From: Cirrosporium novae-zelandiae
Lineage: Eukaryota
Length of the DNA: 52,220 nucleotides
Direction: 5' to 3'
NCBI GenBank assembly: GCA_026023565.1
Contig: JAPETS010000077.1
Coordinates: 1 to 52,220 of the forward strand
The notes under the pieces are model-generated. The model did not search any database and was not told the origin of the DNA. It was given only the letters and a program-made list of their open reading frames with translations. Below are positions 33,784 through 43,334 of the stretch, one piece after another (the first letter of the stretch is position 1; every line of letters starts with the position of its first letter). The position numbers were made by a program, and so were the translations under genes.

Positions 33784-35059
33784 GATTATATCATCCGAGG
33801 TTGGTATTTTGAGATGGATTCAAATGTTTCAAGAAAAGAAAACGTGACAGAGAAATGGGTGATAGAAAACGAAGCTTGACAAGACTGGAAGAGTAGAGAT
33901 CTGGAAAATTTTTAATTTGACAGTTTTGGTTTTAAGTTGGGCTTCACTTTAAATATGATGCATCTAAGTGGTTAGAAGTGAGTGAATATTGCACCCCGCC
34001 GTGGAGTGACATAAACGGGGAAACACCAGAACAAGCGTACTCTGGCAGACACAGTAAAACTTATGGATGTCTTGAGTATAGGCAGTCGTGATAGCAAAGC
34101 TTGTTTGGAGCAAATGCTATATTTATAGCCTCATGGATACCACAGCCTTGATAGAGCTCCCTATCTTCCAGATAGGCTGAATATTTCTTACCTTTGAATG
34201 AATACTCAGAGTCGTCTAAGCCTCCAAGATCCATATTGTAAGACTTTTCTGTATTCCACCGGATGAAGTTTTCTTCAATGGTGTTGTTGATGCGCAAATG
34301 AACCAGCGGCCAATTGCTACCGAACTTGTTTGCTGGTTGATAACAAGTTAGGCCGGTCCCTCACTTCAGATGATGAACGCACCTCACTCACTTGTTTATC
34401 GTAAGGCCCCAAGAGCTCAAGGGCCGCAGTCACCTATTAATATATATATGACACGAAACAGCTATCTACTATATAATCTCTAAAGATGATTTTGATTCTA
34501 AAAAAGGATTGTTCTTCGGCCGAAGTAATACGGACGTCCTCGGATTAATGTACATATAGAAAATGTACCACACGTACGTAGACAGTGGGCGTAACACGGA
34601 AAACCATGATGGATCGGCCGAAGAAAAAGCCGAGCAATACACCGGTACTTCATTTCCCCGAACCTATCAACGACGGGCTAATTGTGCTGCCTTGATTTCA
34701 TCTTGATTTATTCAAGTCTAAAATTTAAAAGTTGTTGTGGTCGGGGTTTACGGGATTAGATTATCCACGTATTTCCTGAATGGCCTGCTGGGCGCCCCTG
34801 GAGGACGTGGTTAGCAAGTATTTAAAGATATAATTATGTACTGGATGTGTACATATAATGGCTGATGCCCCCATGCGAGCTGAACCTGAAATTGAACTAA
34901 ATTAACCACTACCATATCTATCTACCCAGGTATTTATCTGTCTATATTTCAGTTCATCTCCTTTTCTCCTAATTTTATCGCAATCCAAAGTAAATAATAT
35001 ACTTAATTCCTCCCTACATATCATTGTCACTATACATTTCAATCTATCCATCTACCATC

Positions 35060-35895
35060 ATGGACATGAAAATCATTCTCGCATTCCCCACGACCTTTTC
35101 AACCCTCTTGGCTCAACATATCCTCAGTCGATGTCTTTCCAACAATTCCATCACTGAGGTCGTGATTCTGACTCCAGATGCGACAGGAATGGCGCAAGAT
35201 GTAATCGCAGAGCTTGATGACGGAAGCGAGGGAAGGAGGAAAAAATACATCACGGTTCTAGAAATCTCCCGTGATACCTTTAATGACAAGAGGGTCATTG
35301 ACACGTGCTTTGGAGCCGATGGGTGCATCTGGTGAGTTTTCCATCTATTATTTCTCCATTCAGAAATCGTAATTGCTAATATCCGTAAAGGGTAGTGGAT
35401 GATGCATTATCCACAATGACATCATCGAAAGTGAGCGCGTTCGGAGACGTCAGAGAGAGAACGCAAGCAGATGAAGCTCTCGCGGCAGCAACAACATTCC
35501 GAGACCAGATAGCGCCCGCGAGATGGGCGGGGGAGAAGTTTCGGTTTGTGCTTTGGAGTAATTTGGGTCGGAACGTTGAGGGAGAGTTATTGGCATTGAC
35601 ATCAAGGCAGATGCCGTATTTTGAGGCGTACAGTGTGAGACCAGCATTGGTTCCATTGGCTTCAGGAAAGGAGAATTTCAGAGCACATAAGAATGACTAC
35701 TTTTTTCCTTCAATGATGGCAAATTCGGTGGTGGACCCCGTGATCGAAGTTTGCTTGGAAGGGAGCTCAAGAAAGGTTCTGGATGGTTGGGATATGTTGT
35801 TAGAACCCGAAGAGGGGCTGAGCAGGGATGTGAAGCAAGAAGGCAAGAGTTTGCGGTCCTGGAGAGGAGATCGTGGCATCGCTGCATTCCATTAA
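35060..35895 (+). CDS. Divergent NAD(P)-binding Rossmann-fold (atypical SDR/epimerase-like) protein, ~258 aa; exons 35060-35331, 35391-35895
   Basis: MKIIL..ILSRCLSNNSITEVVILT, GADGCIW, ALAAATTF, KFRFVLWS, VEGELLAL and FEAYSVRP follow the order of the fungal 'MKVILTGATGFIG' epimerase-like family as I recall it. Intron GTGAGT..GCTAAT..AAG at 35332-35390. Confidence 0.72.
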
Positions 35896-36723
35896 TGAGG
35901 TCTTCTATGGATGATATCGTGAAGGGCAGCGTTATTGGGTTTTTTGGTTTTATTTTCGGAGTGTTAGACCTCGCCACATGTTATGATACCATTTCCAGGG
36001 TTTTGCTTTCAGGGGAGTTTGATTCTCGACTGGCGACTAACGATATACTTTCCATATTGAACGAGGAAGACCTGGCCTCACTAGATTTCCGCTCTACTTT
36101 CCTTAACAAACCAATAAACCCTTCTTATTGCAGTTGACAACTTGACATACACGGTGCTTTTAAAAACATTCAGTCAACTTTCCATCTTATAAAACATTCA
36201 GGGAAGGGAATCGTCTCGGTCTAGTCGGTCTACAGACCGTCGGTTACATCATATCACCCTCTCGGAGCAGGCAATAAATTTTCATATCCCGATTCAGAAC
36301 ACCTTATCTTATCTTATCTCCACGTGGCTGTATCTAATCTTTTATCTAATCTAAATGAAATAAAAAATATATAATTTTATCGGGAGTACTCCTAATATCC
36401 TAAGTATTCTAAAGATATATTATATGTCCTCGGGATAGATTAAATAAACCTTGGGAAATCAAGATCTGGTCTGGTCGGTCTAGTTGGTCGCGGTAAGACC
36501 ATCTATTTGGTCTGGTCGGTTCCTTCTCTGAAAGTATGTGTCGGTCTAAGCTTGGGTTTCGGTGACTCTGTTGGGATATATCATATATCATGTGTTGATG
36601 GGGATTTTAAAGAGGGCTTGGATGTGAACAAGTATATATACCTCCCCACACCCACCAACACTTAGAAATTATTCCTTAGAATATACCATCACTCCCATCA
36701 AACACTACAATAACTCCACAAAG

Positions 36724-37575
36724 ATGGATCACCAATCTCACGGTTCCCCGACACGAGAAGAAGCTGATGCTCAGAATGCTGCTGAATCTGTCGAAACTGC
36801 TCACACATCTGTTCAAGATCGTTCGCTTGATAATGATCCTGTTGTTGCTTCCAACCATTCTAATTTCTTACCTCTTCTTGATATACCTATCAAGAATGGC
36901 ACCCAGGGTGACCTCATTAACACCCTTAGATCGCCTCTTGAGAGTGAGGACACACTATTAGAGTCCGAAATGCAATCATTAGCTCCGGCTCTATCAACTC
37001 CAGCACCTGTAAACTTATTCAACATACCTCCAGAAATATTCGATATGATTACATCCTTCCTCGCGTTCCCCGCTCGGACAGCTCTAATGCAAGCGAGCCG
37101 AGGCCTGTATGCCGAATTATCACCAAAAAGGCCCAACCCCACTCGTGGAGAGATGCTGAGGTATCTGCAATTCCAAGACAGAAAGCTGGAAGACATGCCA
37201 AGCCTCCCCTGCTACGCCTGCCTCCGACTTCTCCCAAGAGAAGCTTTCATCGAGGAGATGAGGGAATGCATCATAGGACGAATTTGTACAGGGTGTATTG
37301 AAAATGGACTCTGCTGTCACTACCGGGATGAGTTCGCGGATATCCGTTTCTATTTTCCAGAGCGGGGTATATTATGCTTTGTGCAGCCTGCCCGTGGTCC
37401 ACCGCGAGTACGCGCAGCTATTGAACAGATATTCAAGGCGGGATATTCATACAGTGGCTGTGACGATGACAGATGGCGTATATGTCCAAAATGCCGAAGG
37501 GCAATTGCAGAGATGGATAGGAGGGATGGAAGCTCCATACAGCTACCGGAGGACCAAGGAGCGATGCTTGATTGA
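36724..37575 (+). CDS. F-box domain protein with Cys-rich C-terminus, 283 aa
   Basis: F-box-like LFNIPPEIFDMITSFLAFPARTALMQASRGLY; CYACLRLLPREAF, CTGC and CPKC motifs; TATATATA at about 36633. Confidence 0.78.
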   Translation: MDHQSHGSPTREEADAQNAAESVETAHTSVQDRSLDNDPVVASNHSNFLPLLDIPIKNGTQGDLINTLRSPLESEDTLLESEMQSLAPALSTPAPVNLFNIPPEIFDMITSFLAFPARTALMQASRGLYAELSPKRPNPTRGEMLRYLQFQDRKLEDMPSLPCYACLRLLPREAFIEEMRECIIGRICTGCIENGLCCHYRDEFADIRFYFPERGILCFVQPARGPPRVRAAIEQIFKAGYSYSGCDDDRWRICPKCRRAIAEMDRRDGSSIQLPEDQGAMLD

Positions 37576-38132
37576 ATCCAACAAATGTTTGCGGAGGGAG
37601 GACAGACGCGACCGATTATGTTCATGGGGTTGCATCGCTATTTATCCCCGGTCGGCAATTTTGGGGAAGCTAGTTTGACTACCGAGACGTTTAGATAAAG
37701 GGTCGCGTAAAATGTGAATAGGTATGGAATTGTGAGATGAGATAAAATGGAGTTGTAATAGTAATGGGGATGGTGATGGTATTAAATAGTTATGGCTTAG
37801 AAGTGAAATATGGATAACAAAGTGAATTATCATCATTATTCTGGTATTGAATAAATGATGGGGAAGATGAAATGAAATATAACAAAACAAATGTATCATG
37901 GTGATGAAAAGGTCTCCAGTCAGTCCATGCATATAAAACAACATTTCCACCCTCATTCCGCTTTACGTACATACATACATATCATATAAAGGATAGGGAA
38001 ATAATCTAAACGCCCCTCAAAAAAAACACTTATCCTCTTCCATACCGCAGAAAAAAAATCTCGATCGGTGAACAATCTACATACGGAATCCCTATTACGT
38101 ATATGATTTCTAGACGACAAGAACGTCGATGA

Positions 38133-38513
38133 ATGAAGCCGGAGTCAATAGTGAAAGTGGAAGCGAGAGGTTGGGATGTGCGTTATGGAGATGTTCAGGG
38201 GGCTGTGTTGGATTTGGAGTAGGGAGACTTTGGGGAGGGTGACGGTGATAGTGAGGAAAGAGAGTTCGAAGACGAAGAAAATGAAGTGGAAACAGAAGAA
38301 GAATAGATTAGGGTGTGGCAACACGTGAATGCCGTAGAGCGAGCCCTAGAGAAAGATACCCAACAGAGACAGCAAACCGAACAGAGATTCCTCTACCAAA
38401 TCTCAGAGATAAAAGTGCAGCTAGCAGAATCCGAGTTGCGACGGCAAAACCTTGAAATCACATCTGAATTGCATGAACTTAATCCAAGGGGACTGCTTTG
38501 CGGGAAATGTTGA
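38133..38513 (+). pseudogene. Disrupted acidic/coiled-coil reading frame with two in-frame TAG codons
   Basis: MKPESIVKVEARGWDVRYGDVQGAVLDLE*GDFGEGDGDSEEREFEDEENEVETEEE*IRVWQHVNAVERALEKDTQQRQQTEQRF...; protein-like composition, no family recognised. Confidence 0.3.
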
Positions 38514-39403
38514 TGCCTTAAAGCTAAGGGATTCAGGATAATTTACTTGGCATCATTTAATCGTAATCTATAGGACCAGAGGATGATTGGATTCAGCTCT
38601 CGGATTACAGGAATTTCCGATGGTGTGGCAACAAAATCAAAAATCCATCGGGTACAAGGAAAGCAGAAGCAAGGGTACTCGAGTAGAACGCATGCTTATC
38701 GATAAAAAAACCAACCTCCCAAATTCAGGAAATTCTAAACATAAATCCAGTTTCCCCCCCAGGTTCCCAACCTCCTCATGAAAGATTATTATTAGTTACA
38801 TTCAAGACGTAGATGGATTCGTAAGGGCTTAATATATGCGACTCTTCTTTCCCCCTACATTTATTCTTTCACTTTTGAACATTTTCTTCTTCTTCTTCTT
38901 CTTCTTCTTGTACTGTACTTCAAATTTTCGAATCAAAGAATATTCTCGCGGCGACCGAGACCCTATGCAACGTTAGGTCATTCTCTCAATCACAAGGTCT
39001 TTATTGGAATGCAACTCGGCTCTCCGGAAACCGTTTGGAACCACGAAAAGAGAGCATTGAAGCAATTAATTTCTTGCGACTTCTCCAACTCCGAAAGGGA
39101 TCTTTTCCCACCATTCGATTGACGATATAATTCAAAACATCTCCCTCGCGCAACTTTCAGGTATCAACGCATAAAAGAATTATTCATCTGGCCATAGGAG
39201 ATACTATTGCTTAATATAATTGCTATCGAGAGGTGGGCAATTTATTATTTTGACGATCCAAGTCCCAAATTAAAGCAACTAGGCCCGGTTCTCATAATCG
39301 TCCGACCCCCCCCCCCCCGGTCTCCTGAAACGGTAGAGACGTTCCCCCAAACAATTTGAGCTTCCAAGCGTTAGCTTTCCACAAGGGAAAACTCTCCGTG
39401 AAC

Positions 39404-41104
39404 ATGTTCGACCTAGTCTCTTCTGGTTCTTCTGCTTCATTTTCACCCTTGGTACCTTCTACCAGAAATCAATCTCGACCCGAATCTCCTACTAAGGCAT
39501 CGACAACGCAATTCTTTTCTAATGCCCTGGAGGCATCCACCCCTAATTTCGACCACCAAGAAAATACCATCATACCTCCCCCTGCCGCTATAACTTCATA
39601 TACCCCTTACGAAGGCGGCTTGACCTCAATTAATCCCGATACAAGCTTTCCGCTTAGGAGGTCGCATCATAGAACTCATACGGAAAGCTTTCTCGACCAT
39701 TGCAGACTCCCTCCCCTCATTACTCCGAGAAACAATCAACCTAACCCGAGTCCAACGCGCGAGACATTCTCATTCCCCTTTGGTCCTACTCAACGGGACA
39801 CCAGCTCTCCGTCATTCTTTGGCCAACCGAGGCGCGCACCGTCGCCCTCCAAGCATCAACGGTCTCTTACCTCAACATTTACTGGACTCGAGAACGGCCA
39901 AATCACCCCGGGAGGTGTGGGATCTCGATTGGCTGGTTGGTTTGGAGGTATCTCTGCGCCTGTGAAACTGGGCGTGGTTCCTGCTCAAACTCAAGAGCAG
40001 GAAGAACACGACAACAACGTGTCGGCAGAGTCAACTACATTTAACACAATGTCTCGCCCTTTTATTGGTACGCAGAGGAAACATGTGAATACGCCGGCTG
40101 CGGAGAGGACCTCTTCTACTCCACCTGCATCCACGCGCTTCTCATTTTTCACGTCCAAAGCCACCAGGAGGGCCTCTGAAATCGCCCCGGAACTTCAAGA
40201 GGATAAATATCTAAACCTCGACGTCAAGTCTGCTCTCTACCCTGGACCTCCCTCTGATCCCTCGTCACCTGCGTCTTACAAAGACCTACAGCAGAATGCC
40301 GAAGCTTTATTCTCAGAGCTTCAGGAAGCTTACAAGATAAAAGCTATAGCTCTTCATGATTCGGACGCGGAGAAGGATGCCCTTAGGGAAGAGCTTGATG
40401 AAGCTGAGCTTCGAGCAAAGTCCTTCAAAATGCAGCTCGACAGCATATCGTCCAATCTCTTGGAACAACAGAAGGCGATGGAAGAACAGAAGAAGGTTAT
40501 GGAAAACCTAACCCAAGAGTTGGCTGCGGAAAAGAAACGTCGGCGGGAAGAAGCACGTGCTAAAAAGACAAGCATAAAAGTAACCAAACAGTCCGATGAA
40601 GAAAATAACAATAGCCAAGAGGAGGCTCATGGTGAAACGCCTGAGGGAGATGAAGCAAGCTCAAGTCGGTCGAAGCAATATAGACGATCATATAATTCTA
40701 CATACTCGACGGACTCAGGGTTTGGGTCGGAAGACGAGAGCTCGGCAAATAGTATATTTTCATTGAAAACTATATCCACAGACATCACCTTACCTGACCC
40801 GACTCCCAAATCCGCAGGAACTCAATCACCAAAAGAACACGCCCTCTCTCGACCAAGCATGCCCCCACCGTCGCGACTTTCTACATTTCAGAGAATTCTA
40901 AGTGGGGGCGGAAACCCATCTAGGGAAAGTAGCCAGCGTCGGTCTGGTTGCTCGAACTGTGAGGGGATGCAGTCATCGGAAGCGTGGAGCATTGTATCTA
41001 TTTTAAAAGAGGAGAATAAGGGATTGAAGCAACGTGTTGGTCAACTAGAAGATGACATTGACAAAAGCTTGGATGTTGTCAGGGGATTTGAAAAGGTTAT
41101 ATGA
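39404..41104 (+). CDS. Conserved-type fungal hypothetical protein (~566 aa): S/P-rich disorder, central coiled coil, C-terminal CxxC plus coiled coil
   Basis: Long uninterrupted ORF, first ATG at 39404. LAGWFGG, LNLDVKSALYP..PSSPASYKDLQQNAE and CSNCEG..EAWSIVSILKEENKGLKQRVGQLE resemble an uncharacterised Pezizomycotina family. Confidence 0.85.
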   Translation: MFDLVSSGSSASFSPLVPSTRNQSRPESPTKASTTQFFSNALEASTPNFDHQENTIIPPPAAITSYTPYEGGLTSINPDTSFPLRRSHHRTHTESFLDHCRLPPLITPRNNQPNPSPTRETFSFPFGPTQRDTSSPSFFGQPRRAPSPSKHQRSLTSTFTGLENGQITPGGVGSRLAGWFGGISAPVKLGVVPAQTQEQEEHDNNVSAESTTFNTMSRPFIGTQRKHVNTPAAERTSSTPPASTRFSFFTSKATRRASEIAPELQEDKYLNLDVKSALYPGPPSDPSSPASYKDLQQNAEALFSELQEAYKIKAIALHDSDAEKDALREELDEAELRAKSFKMQLDSISSNLLEQQKAMEEQKKVMENLTQELAAEKKRRREEARAKKTSIKVTKQSDEENNNSQEEAHGETPEGDEASSSRSKQYRRSYNSTYSTDSGFGSEDESSANSIFSLKTISTDITLPDPTPKSAGTQSPKEHALSRPSMPPPSRLSTFQRILSGGGNPSRESSQRRSGCSNCEGMQSSEAWSIVSILKEENKGLKQRVGQLEDDIDKSLDVVRGFEKVI

Positions 41105-41792
41105 CAGAGGGCGCAGACAGCCAATTGATTCTTCAGCGATCATGGGTAGGAGTTTCATGTGTTGGTAAGGCTATTGTTCTGGGATACTGTTTATGCTGTG
41201 ATACCATTCTAAAGACCAGTTGCTTACATCAAATAAATTTTTGCATGCCAGTGCATTTTCGTGACAAGTGGGTGACAAGTTACAAGTGACAGCTGTACCT
41301 CTGTCGTGTACCAAGGCAGAGCTGTAGTGTAGTATACTTTGCAGTCTTAGCAGTTTACGTAGTTTACACATTTCATCATTTCGGTAGGGCCAGCTGGTGT
41401 GATACGTGGCGGTGCAGCACATAGCCGATTCCCAGCCTCACAAAATCCAGGAACCAACGTCACTTAACTGGCCAAACCCACAATCAAGACGGGTCTCGAC
41501 CCCATTGATTGAAGTTTGCCTTAACTCAGTATGATGAATTTTCCTTGGTTGCCTTCTATTCAAGGAACCATATATCTACCTGTCTGGATATGACGTTCAA
41601 TGTTTTTTCTTGCTACTTTTCCCTTCTCTTGCCTTGCTAACCAAGTCTCAAGGACTTGATATTTAATATAACTTCTTAATTCTCGAAATTGTCTGTTGAG
41701 ACGATCCTTTCTGATAGGATTACTCGCTGTTTACTATCTATCTGCCTATCTACCCGCTTCCTTACCGATTTACCCATCTACATTTAATACCA

Positions 41793-43334
41793 ATGCCCTT
41801 CATTCCTCACACGCCCGAATCTCTCCTTCGTCGAGATGACTCGAAGAATCCTGCGACAACATGCAAAGGTGTAACCTCTAACGGCCGACCGTGCCGACGA
41901 GGTTTAACCCCTCAGTCTTCGCCAGACTCAAAATCCGAAAGTGGTGTCCTTGCTGTTCGCGATAATGATAATGTTGGTGGAAACAAGGCGGCTGCATTTT
42001 TCTGCTGGCAACATCGTGATCAGGCACAAGCGCTCGCAGCAGATCAGAGCGGAGGACATACCAATATATTGCCTTTAGAGAAAAGGTCAAGTATTGATAC
42101 TCTTGTTGATCGACTCGGGGTGCTGGATGTGGAAGATGGCTCATCTGGGAAACACAAGCGACATGGTCATCGGTCAAAGAAAACAAGTCAATCCCAAAAC
42201 AAAATGCCCCGCAACTGGGATGATGTTGAAGGGCCATTGATAACTGTACCGGAGGAAGCTTTGTCTCAAGATCCCCCTCGAAGATCTGGTCATCACTCTC
42301 GGCCGCAGAGCTCTCCTCATCGCCATACAGAGCAACCTAGACCACCGCAACTCGAAGAGAAACTTGTACCAAAGCGACAGAAAGATTCTGACGGGCATGG
42401 ATCAATATTTTGCTGTGCTAGTAGGCTCAAAGACGAGGATGAAGAGGATGATCATCCACCAGCGAAGTACTACGAACAAAGACCGAGTAGCTCGTCTCGT
42501 CCATCCGTCTCTCCTCCCTCTCAACAGCCTTCGAAACCTCAGTCCTCATTGAAACCGCCTTCAAGGCCAACAACTAGACCAGCTACAAGTGATCCAGGGC
42601 CTCACAATCGACCACCGGGAGCGGCCATGCCACGCCGTCCTGTATCTTCGTCGGCTGTTCCACGGAACGAACGGAAGGTGTCTCAAACTGAGGGTCTTTT
42701 GTCTTTTATCCCAAAGACCCTACCACCACAAACGACCTCTCAACTTTTAAATGAACTGGCAAAGCCAATATCCGATGCTGATGAAGCTGGATATATTTAC
42801 ATATTTTGGCTGACCCAAGAAAACGCCTCGGTCCCGCCTAGCCAGACTGCGACTTCTCTCCTGGGCGTACCCGGCGGATCTCGTCCCAGTGCTGGACAAA
42901 GATTACCCAGTGATGTCCTCCGAGATTATCCGTCCACACCTAATGCAAATACACTTCTATTAAAGATAGGACGCGCTTCAAATGTGCAGCGTCGAATGAA
43001 TGAATGGACGCGCCAGTGTAATTATAACCTCTCGCTAGTCCGTTATTATCCATACGTTCCATCAAACCCTCAACAAGGTCACAATACTCACCTATCCCCA
43101 TCATCTTCGACTCCTCATAAAGTGCCACATGCACATCGAGTGGAACGCCTCATCCACCTTGAGCTTGGGGACAAGAGAGTTAAGAAGACGTGTGAAGTAT
43201 GTGGCAAAGAACATCGGGAATGGTTTGAAGTGGAAGCTTCACGAGCAGCGGTTGGTCAGGTGGACGAAGTAGTAAGGCGATGGGTAGATTGGGCAGAGCG
43301 AACGCCTAAAGGATCTACAAAATCTACAAAATAG
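41793..43334 (+). CDS. T5orf172/MUG113 (DUF1766)-domain protein, GIY-YIG-like superfamily, 513 aa
   Basis: GYIYIFWL, LLKIGRASNVQRRMNEWTRQC, HRVERLIHLEL and CEVCGKEHREWF; N-terminal CKGVTSNGRPCRR..FCWQH putative Zn-binding motif. Confidence 0.9.
   Translation: MPFIPHTPESLLRRDDSKNPATTCKGVTSNGRPCRRGLTPQSSPDSKSESGVLAVRDNDNVGGNKAAAFFCWQHRDQAQALAADQSGGHTNILPLEKRSSIDTLVDRLGVLDVEDGSSGKHKRHGHRSKKTSQSQNKMPRNWDDVEGPLITVPEEALSQDPPRRSGHHSRPQSSPHRHTEQPRPPQLEEKLVPKRQKDSDGHGSIFCCASRLKDEDEEDDHPPAKYYEQRPSSSSRPSVSPPSQQPSKPQSSLKPPSRPTTRPATSDPGPHNRPPGAAMPRRPVSSSAVPRNERKVSQTEGLLSFIPKTLPPQTTSQLLNELAKPISDADEAGYIYIFWLTQENASVPPSQTATSLLGVPGGSRPSAGQRLPSDVLRDYPSTPNANTLLLKIGRASNVQRRMNEWTRQCNYNLSLVRYYPYVPSNPQQGHNTHLSPSSSTPHKVPHAHRVERLIHLELGDKRVKKTCEVCGKEHREWFEVEASRAAVGQVDEVVRRWVDWAERTPKGSTKSTK

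Noticed and set aside
34061..34440. Exon-like minus-strand fragment with splice signals upstream of the TPR-SET gene
   Set aside because: No start, family or frame-consistent link to the neighbouring gene could be established.
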